Below are positions 27,345-39,643 of a stretch of 64,000 nucleotides of DNA, one piece after another. The translations under genes were made by a program, and so were the position numbers. The stretch lies in contig CM082587.2 in the NCBI GenBank assembly GCA_040954595.2, positions 8,809,403 to 8,873,402 of the forward strand, in the 5' to 3' direction. The DNA is from Balanoglossus misakiensis. Taxonomy: Eukaryota > Animalia > Hemichordata. The notes below the pieces were generated by a model. That model was not told the DNA's origin. It saw only the letters and a list, made by a program, of their open reading frames with translations, and searched no databases. The stretch's first letter is position 1. Each line of letters starts with the position of its first letter.

Positions 27345-29100
27345 TTTCACCCACAGTAGCACAGAAATTGAAAATACATAATGAGTGGGGAGGGCCTTCA
27401 CATGGTACCCAACATATTTGTGGCACAGCAATTTTGATAAACCGAAAATCAACCCATATGCAAATAGGTTCAGTTATATGGCACAATCAAGGGAGGTACA
27501 TTATTACTGAAATAACATCAGATTATTTTAAATTTCTACTTATTAATGTCAATGCGCATAATGACGAAAAAAGCCAAATCCCATATTCTTTTTGTCCTTG
27601 AAAAGGCTGTCGATTCACTCCGATTTCCCACATTCAGATATCTGTATGGGAAGCAATTTTAATGTTGTAGACTTGCCAAGTCTGCAGCTTCAGGAGAATA
27701 GCATGGACACTTCTTCAACTCAGGGGAACTCCTTGAGGCTTGGTTTCACAACATTTGGCACACATAATGACTGAGTGTATGAAGAAACAGTACAGCAGAC
27801 TGCGGGTTGGTTATTCTAAAAGTAATTTGGATGGTGGTAGCCAGGAAAATGTCATTTCCACTGGTATTTGCAGTTCAAAAGATCATAAATGTAAAGCAAG
27901 GAATTAACTTCATCAATTAATGAACTCCATGCACCTTCTTGACACATTTAGGCAGTTTAATCCAGAAGCTTACAGATATACTTGGAGAAGGCAGGAAAGC
28001 TGCTCAAGACTTGATTATTTTTAGTTTCTACTTGTATAGGGCAGGAAACAAAAAAGCTGAAATAATCAGAAGTATAAAAACAGACCACAGTGCTGTATCT
28101 TTAAAATTTAATATCCCCAACACAAAGAAAAAAGGATTTTGGAAATTTAACACAAGTCTTTTAGATGACCCAAAATATTTGAATATAATGAAATTACACA
28201 TCAAAGAATCATAAGAGAAAATGAAAGATCGCATATGAGTTACTAAAATATAAAATTCGAGAAAAAACTGTGTCATTTTGCAGAATTAAACGGAGCAAAT
28301 TGAGAGATGAAGAAAAAGATCTACAAAATAGGCTTGATAAACTCGAAGAAGAAATAGACGAATCATTAGATGATCAGGTGCTCGCTGAATACAAAAGAAC
28401 TAAACAAGAATTAGAAAAAATAACTCTAACTAAAATAGAGGGAGCAGCTATACGATCAAGAGTTAGGTGGTGCGAACAAGGCGAAAAAAGTAGCAAATAT
28501 TTTCTTAACCTTGAAAAAAGAAACTTTAATAAGCAAACTATAAATAAATTACGAATGGACAATAGAGATATCGAAGACCCCAAAGAAATACTTACCTAAC
28601 TCAGACAATGTGCAATTGTATAAGTCAAATGACATTAACATTGATAATCAAGATTTTAATACCTTCCTTAACCTAACAAACGTACCTAAATTGTCAAAGC
28701 TTGAATGTGAACGCGATGCAAAGGTCCCCTAAATGAAAATGAAATACTAGAATCGTTAAAGTCATCCCCTAAAAACAAATCGCCAGGCAGTGATGGATTA
28801 CCACCTGAATTCCATATAGCATTTTGGGACAAACTTTGTAAATTAAGCTTGTGGATAGCCTAAATGATGCTTATGAATCAGGACAACTTTCACATACCCA
28901 GAGACAAGCAGGTAATCACTCTCATCCCTTAAACAGGTAAAGATCCCCATGACGTAGAGAATTGGCGCCCCATTTCCCTTAAACTCCGATTACAAAGCAG
29001 CAAGTAGGAGCATATTGTTTCTCGAGTTTCTTAAGTTCTACCTTTAATTATTCACCAAGACCAAACAGCCTTCGTCAAGGGCAGAAGCATATCAAATATA
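27345..29100 (+). mobile_element. Decayed L1/Tx1-clade LINE ORF2 (endonuclease to RT N-terminus)
   Basis: EWGG.SHGT, QGRYII, TDHSAV, GFWKFNTSLL, GAAIRSRVRWCEQGEKSSKYFLNLEKRN, KSPGSDGLPPEF, NWRPISL, IHQDQTAFVKGR, with many stops and frameshifts. It is truncated at the Academ fragment. Confidence 0.9.
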
Positions 29101-30524
29101 TCAATTGTCATGTGAACTATCACCAGCCGCTTCTGCTCTTTTCAATGACTCAGGAGAGATGCGCATCTCTAAATCTAAGTCAGTTTTGAAGAACCAAATG
29201 AAGGTTGAACTTTCAGCTAGACATGTCACTAAAGAAGCATCATGCACTGTGATTGATGGTTGCGCTCTTCTGTGGATTCATTGTTGGCCGGCATCAAGTA
29301 CAATGATACAGCCCACTGTATTAGATTTTGTAAACAAATTCAAAGATCACATCGAACAGAGACTGAAAACCAGTGATGTATAATTAGTGTTAGACAGATA
29401 TGATGATTTCAGTATGAAGAGCTCTACTAGGATATCCAGAGGAAAAGAAGGAAGCAGGGTTTATCAGCTGAGTTCCACAGCGCAATTGCCTCCCAAAAAA
29501 CCTGCCCTAACTGTCACACAGAATTAGAAGTAACTGTTAGAAATTATATGTAAAGACCTCCAAAGTGATACAGATTTCCATGACTGGAATACTCAAAATC
29601 ATAGGCTCATAGTAATAGGGCAAGATAACACATCCGTAGAAATGTGGTGTGGTTTTAAGGAGACATGACATGGCGACTGCACTCGAAGAAGCTGAAAATA
29701 TTATCGTACAGCAAGCGATACAAGTTGCAGTCACAGAGAAAAGGCATGTTACTGTGCTCGCAGATGACACAGATGTGTACGTTCATTTACTTCAACATTA
29801 TCTACACCAAGAATTGCAGTTACATGTACCTATGGTAATGGAATCCCCTATTAAAGAGAGAACAGTTATTGATATCCGTGCTTCTGTAGATGAACATCGG
29901 AACATCATACCAACAATACTAGCCGGCCATGCTCTAACTGGATGTGATACTGTAGCAGCTATTACTTTGGTGTTGGAAAAGGAACCATGTTGAAAGAGTT
30001 GAAATCTGGTGTTCTCTTAATTCGATTGGCGATATTGATGCTGATTGGTCAGATGTAACCAACTTTGTAGCTTCATGTTATGGACAGAGGCAAGGATTAA
30101 TGTTTGGAGTAAACGAACGGGGAGACCTAGAGCAACTCACACTCCAAAACTTGCCTCGTTGCCGCCAACCACAGAGACATTCGCTGAGAATGTTAAACGT
30201 GCTCATTGGCAGACTTGTATTTGGAAGAATGCACTAGAATTAGTTCCACCAAGCTTTGACCCCTCGAACTGTGGTTGGGTGAAGGATGAGAGTAAAAAGT
30301 TACTTTTCCCCAAAACAGTATTTTGAAATGTTCCCCTAGCTCCTGAAAGTATTTCAAAGTTAATCAGATGCTCATGTGCAAGTACTAGTCCCTGCAAATC
30401 ATCCGGATGTGGATGTAATTATGCAAAACAGGCATGCACAATATTGTGTTCCTGTCATGCAACAATTGTATGCTGTAACGAACAAACAAGAGTGATAATG
30501 AATGAGGATGATGATACAGAGTAG
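29101..30524 (+). mobile_element. Academ (XPG-type) transposon remnant: XPG/PIN-like nuclease plus C-terminal Cys-rich finger
   Basis: VIDG, LVLDRY, EEAE, ADDTDV, HALTGCDT, LPPT...VKRAHWQ..IW, GW and CSC...C.S.GCGC....CT.LCSC. Stops and frameshifts are present. Confidence 0.8.
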
Positions 30525-30985
30525 CACTCACAGACAAATCAATGCTCAATGTTTTGCAAATGAGGCTCAAAATTATTAGTTTAGATTTTTGAGCATTTTG
30601 GCTATACCTGTTTGAATGAGCCATGAGTCAAAGTCACGCCCCCATAAATATGCCTCAGTAGATTATGAGGATGATAAAATACACAACCTCAGCTGTTCAG
30701 ACTATAACTTTAACCACGAAACAAACACACAAATATTGTCAGAACAATGTCTAGAACATATTTAACCATCATTTACATATAACTCAGAGAATTGGTTATA
30801 ATCTGCATTTATAAAGTCAATTTTCCTATAAAATGTGGTTTATATGTTAATTTATGCTAATTACTAGTAGTATGTACAAATATTCATTTATGATTACTAA
30901 CTCGTTTGTATCGAAGCACTAAGAGAAAAACACTTTTATTATCAGACTTTTACATTATAAAGCCCATTCCTATTTCTCCCATTGA

Positions 30986-32840
30986 CTTATCACCACCGTT
31001 ATTTGCTTTGTTTATCAATGATTTAGCTGTTGGTTTGAAAAATCTCCAAAAAGGAGTACAGATCGGTGGTGATAATGTGTCTATCTTGTTATATGCTGAT
31101 GACATTGCAGTTATCTCTGATAATGAAGAAAATATGCAGCAAATGTTGGATTTTATTACGGATTGTTGTATAAAGTGGCAACTTCGGATAAATATCAAGA
31201 AATCCCACAGTGTTCATTTTAGAAAAAGCAGATGCTAGAAGTGATTTCATGTTTTATTTGTCAGGAGTGAAAATTGATTATGTTAACAATTGTAAATATC
31301 TCGGGGTTATGTTTGATGAATTTTTAAATTTCAGAATTGACAGTCCTATATGCTCAATGGTGAACCTAGAAATGTTCTTTCCTAGTTTTTATTGCTAATT
31401 TGCATTCATATGGGTCCCTAAAGCAATTTTAGCTTAGTTGCCAAAATGGCAATGTTGGGCAATTCTTCTAATTTGCATAATCAAAACTGGCCGCCAAACA
31501 CATTCTCTAAAACTAAAATTTTGATCATTATGGCTCAAAATTGTGTGTAATATATCATTTTAAGCATTTGCTTCATACGGGCAGCCAAAACAACACAATT
31601 TTATTGTCAAAAAGAGAGTGTCGAACAACTCTACTAATTTGCATAATCAAAAATGGCCGCAAATGCCTTCAAAATTTAAATTTTGCCCTGTTAATCCCAA
31701 AATGGTGTGTTACGCCTCATTTTCAGGATTTTCATTTACATGGGCACCTTAAGCAATTTTGACTTTGTTGCCATGGCAGTATTGGACAACTCTCCTAATT
31801 TTCATATTCCAAAAATGGCCGCCGAATGCCTTTAAAATTACCCTGTTTCTCTCTAAATGATGTGTTATGCCGACTTTTGCGTCATTGTCAGGATTTTCAG
31901 TCACATGTGCATCTAAAACAATTTCGACTTGGGCAGTATATGACAACTCTCCTAATTGGCATAATCCAAAAGTTATTATCAGAATCTGCCAATAGAGCTC
32001 TAGGTTATATTTGTTCTAAATTTAAATCCATCAAGAACATAGAATTTAAGACATTTTCGAAACTTACGACAACTTGTGTTGTTCCAATATGGATTACTGC
32101 TCAGGAGTTTGGGGTTTTAATAATTCCATGAATAGTAATGAGATACAAATAAGGGCTGTTAGATTTTATCTTGGTGTACATAGATTTGCACCTACTGCAA
32201 CCGTGGTCGGAGACACTGACTGGATATCATCAAAAACTATAGGCATTATGTTAACATGGCAACACTTTGGAATAGGTTGGTTTTAAATAATTGGAGTTTT
32301 GAAATGAATGAAATCTTTAATTCTGTAGACATTGATGTACTAGAAAATGGGGGAATTTGTAATATTGATCACTTAAAAGAAAAACTCCATGCTGATACAA
32401 TTGATTCTTGGTCAAACAATACTATTAATATTCCAAAACTGCGTACTTTAATAGACAATCTAAAACGTGGTATGGAAAATAATCATATTTTTCACGTATT
32501 CTGGATCGTAGTAAACGTTCTTTCCTAGCTCTACCCAGACTTGGAATTTTGCCTCTACGAGTTGAAACAGGCAGATTTAGAGGAGAAGCTTTGAATGAAA
32601 GAATTTGTATATTTTGTTCAGAAAATGCAGTGGAAGATGAATTTCACTTTCTTTTGCACTGTATATACTGAATATCGAGAGCATTTATTTGATATTAATA
32701 GCAAGCATTTTACAGAGTTCCAAGATTTATCAGAAATAGAGAAACTAAAACTGCTCCTCAATGAAATGAGTCGAAGCACATCAAAATATATTGCTAAAGC
32801 TTATTGGAAACATCAGTCTATACTCTATGAAGTACGCTGA
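30986..32840 (+). mobile_element. Decayed CR1/L2/Crack-like LINE 3' half, interrupted by an insertion at 31337-31971
   Basis: LSPPLFALFINDL, LLYADD, KYLGV, then after the insertion ANRALG, MDYCSGVWG, FYLGV, LRVETGRF, ERIC.FC...VEDEFHFL. Confidence 0.85.
31337..31971 (+). repeat. ~635-bp block of ~110-bp subunits, highly similar to 35309-35919
   Basis: Both start ttgacagtcctatatgctcaatggtgaacc and share sequence up to ggcataatccaaaa. Confidence 0.85.
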
Positions 32841-32956
32841 CTACCTATACCTTTTTGTCTCCAATTATTGTGCGTTCGATATTTTCAGATACCTGTGTAG
32901 TTTTTACTTCTTTTTGTGTGTGTATCTTGAACAGCAACTCAGATGAGAATGTATTA

Positions 32957-34222
32957 TTAGGTCCCATTGGTATAGGCCTATATACCATGGGACCTTATGG
33001 GATGGGTTGCGTCTGTATGTATGTATGGATGGATGGATGGATGGATGGATGGATGTATGTCTGTATGTCCGTCCACATCAAAAACTTGAAAACCGCTGCG
33101 CGTATCACCTCAATATTTGGTGTGTAGGTGCAGGCAGGGCTGTAGATGGGAGTTTGTCCAAACGAAGTTGCCAGGCCCAAAAATATGCAAATTAGCTTGT
33201 AAAATGTGAAATTTATCAAAACTCAACAATTAATGGTCAGATTGCTTTGAAAATTGGTATGCATGTACCTTATGTCAACCTCACACCGACCTGTAAGTGT
33301 TAAGTTGATATCATGGATGTTTTATTTTTTATGAATTTTTTAGTCTTTTTATTAAATTTATACCTTTACTTATACCTCTATGGTTAAGCTATGTCCACGT
33401 CTTATTGTGGAATTCTGGTCTGTGCAATAGTCCTGTACAGTGACTGTCTAGTGAGCACAATGGGGCCAAAATAAAAGGCAAATTTTTGGGCTCACCTGTA
33501 ACACCTGCTTAACACATTTATTATGTGCATACCTAATTCCGGGCTAACTAATAGGGCTATAGGTTTGGTTTTTGTTGAACATGGACCAGTATAGGGTCAA
33601 AATTTCTTGCCCAAATTTTGCATGACCTCAGGTGACCTTTGACCTACTTTTCCATATCTTGGCATCCAGAGCAGGTACAGACTTGGCGTTTGGAGGGTTG
33701 GGACTAAAATTGAAAAGCCAAAATTGGGGGTCACCTGTGACACCTGCATATCTCATTAATTATGTGCATACCTAATTCCAGGCTAACCAATAAGGCTGTA
33801 GGTTTGGTTTTTATTGAATATGGACCAGTATAAGGTCAAAATTTCTTGCCCAAATTTTGCATGACCTCAGGTGACCTTTGACCTACTTTATCATATCTTG
33901 GCATCCAGAGCAGGTACAGACTTCGCGTTTGGAGGGTTGGGACTAAAATTGAAAAGCCAAAATTGGGGTTCACCTGTGACACCTGCATATCTCATTAATT
34001 ATGTGCATACCTAATTCCAGGCTAACCAATAGGTCTATAGGTTTGGTTTTTGTTGAACATGGACCAGTATAGGGTCAAAATTTCTTGCCCAAATTTGGCA
34101 TGATCTCAGGTGACCTTTGACCTACTTTTCCATATCTTTGCATCCTGGGCAGATATGCTTATTGCTATGTTGCTATGTGCTATGTCCTCAAATGGGACCA
34201 CAGTGTCCTTGACGCTATTTTT
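32957..34222 (+). mobile_element. Complete Helentron-associated element (HINE) with a ~239-bp tandem core array
   Basis: 5' ggtcccat...atgggacc inverted repeat (32960-32994), then a (TGTA/TGGA)n microsatellite and core units at ~33494, 33732 and 33971. The 3' end has subTIR atgggacc (34192-34199), hairpin agtgtc-ctt-gacgct and a T-run. Confidence 0.8.
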
Positions 34223-35308
34223 ATTTAAAGTGACTAATCAGCCCGTTGTGGCTTGGTGTATTGCACTAGTCACTATAATAAATATTATCTATCTATCTAC
34301 AATGGTTACCATTTTTTTCATGTCAGGAACCATTAGATACACCTGCTACATTCAGACTTTGTTCAAAAAATGTTCTTATACATGATTCAACTAATTTCAT
34401 TCACTCACTACAAGTATTGTACAGTTAACATTTTGATGTCATTCAACCAGGCAAATACTCTTTTTAAAACTTTGTCAAAGCCACTGCAGGCATACCTTTA
34501 CTGATATTCCATGTGGCTTCAGTTCATTTTGTCTATCGATCCAATGGAGACTAGGTCATTGGCAATAGCTTCTTCTGTAAATTTGACCACTGATGTCTTG
34601 GCACTATGTTTGTATTGACTAGTTAAATATGATGTTGTTATTTTTTCTGCTTTTTCCCCTCAAGATTGTATGGAAAACATATTTTGCTGGAACCAAGACC
34701 AATACAAACCGACTGCTGAATACTTTAACAAACACTCAAGCATTGAGAGAACAGCAAGGGGCCGGTTCATCAAGCTACCAACTGCAGAACATCACAGAGT
34801 ATCTTTGGAATGAGTTCCTTAAATCATGTGAGAAAGGTATAAACCACACCTCTTGCATCAATTGGCTACTATTGGACTAACAATGGACTAGCCAAGTGTT
34901 GTCAGAGGTGGTTCAAATGTTTGTGGACCTGAAATGTCTGCCCCGTAACAAAGCTGTTGAGAGTGATGTGAATACAGAACTGTATCAGGGCCGGGTCTGA
35001 TTTTTGTTGTTTCAATGTACACACAATTATGCCTGCCGTAGCGCTAGCTGAACCACATTGGAAAAAAAAAAACAATATTGTTGACAGAAATAAATGATTT
35101 TGGCTTTTTACACATGAATAACACTGATTCAACTAAATATCTGTGAACTACCAAAATACCACACACTCCCGAACTGATATCACACCACATTTTGAGTGTG
35201 CAAAAACAGGGTGACTGACATGCACAAGCCCACAAAAAGAGACAATCACAATTTACAGTGGACTGTGTCATCGATGATGACTTGTTTGTTGAGTACCTAA
35301 TAGTTGAG

Positions 35309-36125
35309 TTGACAGTCCTATATGCTCAATGGTGAACCTAGAAATGTTCTTTCCTAGTTTTTATTGCTAATTTGCATTCATATGGGTCCCTAAAGCAATT
35401 TTAGCTTAGTTGCCAGAATGGCAATGTTGGGCAATTCTTCTAATTTGCATAATCAAAACTGGCCGCCAAACACATTCTCTAAAAGTAAAATATATCATTT
35501 TAAGGATTTGCTTCATATGGGCATTTAAAACAAAACAATTTTATTGTCAAAAAGAGAGTGTCAAACAACTCTACTAATTTGCATAATCAAAAATGGCCGC
35601 AAATGCCTTCAAAATTTAAATTTTGCCCTGTTAATCCCAAAATGGTGTGTTACGCCTCATTTTCAGGATTTTCATTTACATGGGCACCTTAAGCAATTTT
35701 GACTTTGTTGCCATGGCAGTATTGGACAACTCTCCTAATTTTCATATTTCAAAAATGGCCGCCGAATGCCTTTAAAATTAACATTTTACCCTGTTTCTCT
35801 CTAAATGATGTGTTATGCCGACTTATGTGTCATTTTCAGGATTTTCAGTCACATGTGCATCTAAAACAATTTCGACTTGGGCAGTATATGACAACTCTCC
35901 TAATTGGCATAATCCAAAATTCCTTAAAATTTAAATTTAAATTTTGCCATTTGTCTCAAAATGATGTGGTATGTCTCATTTTCATGATTTTCAATTATAT
36001 GTGTATCTTAAACAATTTCGACTTGGTTACCATGACAGTATTGGCAACCCTTCTAATTAGCATAACTCAAAATGGCTGCCAAACATCTTTTCGGGAATGT
36101 AATTTTGCCCTTCTTGTCCCAGGAT
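35309..36125 (+). repeat. Tandem array of ~110-bp degenerate subunits (HINE-type core repeat)
   Basis: Recurrent caattt...ttg...atg.cagta...caactct.ctaatt.gcataatcaaaatggccgc. Confidence 0.8.
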
Positions 36126-37011
36126 CATGTGAAATACCCTATTTAATTTTTAATATATTTGTATACTCCTTTCTCTGATGTTTATTTATTTAGAACAAGT
36201 CACTTCAGTGTAAAAATTGCCGAGCCAATTCAAATGTGACGTCCTGGTTGACAATGACTGGACACTTCAAACACCTTGTTATTTATCTTGGGGTTGGCCA
36301 AATCATGCTCAGCAAATATCCATGTTAATTTTAAAGGCATTCGGCGGCAGAAGAACCAAATAGCTAAACTAATCATCAAACAAAATGTCAACAGTAGAAA
36401 TGACAACATTAATTATTCACCCGTTTTTTCAGATTTCATGCTGTCTGTGGGTTTATTTCGTCAAGAACCACACGAAATAAAATCATGAAACATGCAACAT
36501 AGCTTTGTAACACACCATAGTCGAAAATTTATAGATACAAAATTTCATGACTAATATGGATTGGAAATATATAGTTACAAGATGGGTGTGTTTATATTTC
36601 AGTACCCTCTGCTGAATGGATGTGAATTACTTGTAGCAACCCTAAACTGTTTGTAGCTGATGTTAGAAAAGGACTACAGAAGTTTAAGAAGACTTTTTCA
36701 TCTGATAGGTACTGGTAATTAATTGTTGGCTTCTCGTTATCTCCACTGATGGTCATAATTATTGGTTTGCAAATTGACTTGTGTATTTTTATGCTATAGG
36801 CATGATACTTGAGTTGGCATTACTCAATTATGAAACGACCCAAAAACGACCATCATAAATTAGAGTTTGCTTGCAAAGCCGTTGGTGTAACGTTATCGAC
36901 AAAAAAACGTGAACATCATTAGACAGACCTTCTCACCCCTGCATAGAATAGTATCTGCCGTGGTCATGTGTATTGTTGTTGTTAGGCCATGTTCTGGAGC
37001 CTTGATTAAAC

Positions 37012-37274
37012 CACAGGGGGCGCTCCCTCCATGCTTTTATCGTGTGTGTGTGTGCGTTTGTTGGTTTGTCTTTAATGATTGGCATAATAAACAAGTCTCT
37101 CTTTGTTTATTGGGAGTGATGCTGTGGAGTGAAAAAAATCCCAACACAACCCTAACCGTTGAATATACCCAAACATGTCAACAAACAATGTGACCATATT
37201 TCTTTGTTTATTATGCCAATCAATAACAACAAATAAACACAGACAATCAAATCACGGAGGGAGCGCCTCCTGTG
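37012..37274. mobile_element. MITE with CACAG...CTGTG TIRs and a 7-bp (or 9-bp) TSD
   Basis: attaaac|cacagggggcgctccctcc ... ggagggagcgcctcctgtg|attaaac, with inner IR tgattggcataataaacaa/ttgtttattatgccaatca. Confidence 0.8.
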
Positions 37275-37779
37275 ATTAAACCTATCCATGGGACAAGTTT
37301 TTGTTGTTTCAAATAACGTCTTACAGTCGTTATTTATTTGACGTCATTTGAGGTATGACCTTACAGTTGGGGCCTGCCATCTTTGTTTCTCGACAGTGAC
37401 TCTGAGGGCGCTCTCCATTAGTTGATTTCACTTCACATGTATCCATGCATCCATGCAATACAGGATGAAGTGAGCCCTCAGCTACAGTGCCATTTTTTCC
37501 GTCGCCTGTGGTGCCCATAATATATAAGCGCCTTTCGCCTTGTTTAGCCTAAAGTCTGCCTCCAATTATACTGTCTCCAGATCTGCTTTTTTTTCTTTTG
37601 GAGGGGGAGGGGTTGGGCACCAGATAGCTAATGCCATGAAATCCGTTTTTTTTCATGAAAATCATGTTTCTGTTATTTCTGTATCATTTCATAGTCGAGA
37701 TGCATGAAAACGAAAGTATTGTATGGTTAATGCCATATGAGGGCGCTGTATATGTTTACATCAGGTAGGGCTAAATTTC

Positions 37780-38957
37780 AATATGGCTGCCGCTAACAAT
37801 AGACATGCAGCAGTGTAGGGAACTATACCAATTCTTATACTTGTACCTCTATAGTAAGGCTATGGCCACCTGGGATTTGGGATTCATGCCCAATATCTCA
37901 AAATCTGCCAGGCTGATCAAGTTCAAATTTGTGTGCAGGTAGCCTACCTTCCACCGACAATCGTTTTCAGCAAAAAAAAAATAATATGAAAAATCGACCG
38001 ATTTTTTTATATTAATTGTTTTAATGAAATTTGTACCTACACTTATACCTCTATTGTTAAGCTATGTTCACATCTTATTGTGGAACTCAAGTCTGTGCAA
38101 TGGTCCTGTACAGTGACTATCTATTGGCAAGTAAGCAGCATGGGACCAAAATAAAAAGGTTTATTTCGGGGTCACCCGTAACACCTGCTTAACTCACTGA
38201 TTATGTGCATACCGAATTCCAGGCGAACCAATAGGGCTGGAATTTTGGTTTTTGTTAGACCTGGACCAGTATGGGGTCAAATTTCTTTTGCCCAAATTTT
38301 AGGTAACCTCAGATGACCTTTGATCTACGTAACTTCCTATATGTTGGCATCAAGAACAGGTACAGCATTGGCGTTTGGAGGGATGGGAGCAAAACGAAAA
38401 GCCAAATTTTGGGGTCACCTGTGACACCTGCTTTATAACTCATTAATTTTGTGCATACCTAATTCTAGGCTAACCAATAGGGCTAGAGGTTCGCTTTTGT
38501 TGAACATGGACCAGTATGGGGTCAAAAATTCTGCTAAGATTTTGGGTGACCTAATGTGACCTTTGACCTACTTTCCCATATCTCGGCATCCAGAGCAGGT
38601 ACAGCCTTGGCATTTGGCGGGATGGGACTAAAATGAAAAGTCAAATTTTGAGATCACCTGACATACACCTGCTTATCTAATAATTATGTGCATACCTAAT
38701 TCCAGGCAAACCAATAGGGCTAGAGCTCTGGTTTTTATTGGACCTGAACCAGTATGTGGTCATTTTTTTTGCCCGAATTTTAGGTGACCTCAGATGACCT
38801 TTGAAATTAATATGACATAAATGCGAATTACTACATAACTTAAGGGCCTACTGACTTTATATTTGGTGAGAATAAGCGCACATATGTACTGGTTACCCTT
38901 ATGTTGCTATGTGCTATTCGGGCTTGGGCCTCGCTATTGCTGCTTGCAGCTATATTT
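37780..38957 (+). mobile_element. Second HINE-type element with the same ~240-bp core array but a different 3' terminus
   Basis: 38035-38916 is homologous to 33360-34185, with core units at ~38173, 38416 and 38654. It ends with hairpin gctgc-tt-gcagc followed by tatattt. The 5' boundary is uncertain. Confidence 0.7.
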
Positions 38958-38981
38958 CTCTCTTCGGTGCTATTGATATTC

Positions 38982-39622
38982 TGTAACGGCCTTGTTGATC
39001 CATTGAATTTGTATACATGTATATCTGTATGTATGTTATACCTGTATCTTATAGTAATTAGTTATTCAATTATTCATATGACGTAATAGTACTTACCTTC
39101 AATTGGTTGATCTTAATTATATGCAAACCACCTGGAAGTTTCATTTGACCAATGAACACAAGCTAATCTGGCACTATGATGTAATTGCTGATATAAAAGG
39201 ACATGGTGCATAAAATTGGTCAGTTCACCTCTGTAGCCAGACCGGCCACACACGTTGGAACTGACATGTATTTGTTCCATTTCAGGTTAGTTTCCTTGTA
39301 CCTTACCTGTTGCTTGAAGCTTTGTATTTTGGTGCATTCTACCGACTCATTTCAGCACAAGTAATTGGTGTCGTTAACTTGCGTCAATTTTCCAATTGTA
39401 TGTCTATATTTTTCACTTGAATGAATTTTGGTGTATTCTGTTGGAGGTGAACTCCCATACATGTGTGTAATTTAGAGTTCACCTCTGTAGCCAGACCGGC
39501 CACACACGTTGGAACTGACATGTATTTGTTCCATTTCAGTTATTAAATGTAAGGCCTATGTCTTTGTTACCCGTAACCTGTTTGGTGTGAATATGTTGGA
39601 ATGAACGGCGACAACCGTGACA
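38982..39622 (+). repeat. 5' LTR of element A
   Basis: tgtaacgg...ccgtgaca; TATAAAA 39192-39198, Inr TCAGTT 39220-39225, ATTAAA 39542-39547. Internal exact 64-bp repeat at 39222-39285 and 39476-39539. Confidence 0.96.
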
Positions 39623-39624
39623 AA

Positions 39625-39643
39625 TGGCGTAGTCGGCAGGATT
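39625..39643 (+). promoter_or_regulatory. Primer binding site complementary to the tRNA-Ser 3' end
   Basis: TGGCGTAGTCGGCAGGATT is the reverse complement of AATCCTGCCGACTACGCCA, the metazoan tRNA-Ser 3' terminus. It lies 2 nt after the LTR. Confidence 0.92.

Noticed and set aside
32855-33219. ORFs with WMDGWMDG or HPSIHPSI repeats (also ~48001-48373)
   Set aside because: They are translations of the HINE (TGGA)n microsatellite.
33484-34150. Regularly spaced repeats suggesting a CRISPR array
   Set aside because: The units are full ~239-bp tandem copies with no unique spacers, inside a eukaryotic HINE, and there are no cas genes.
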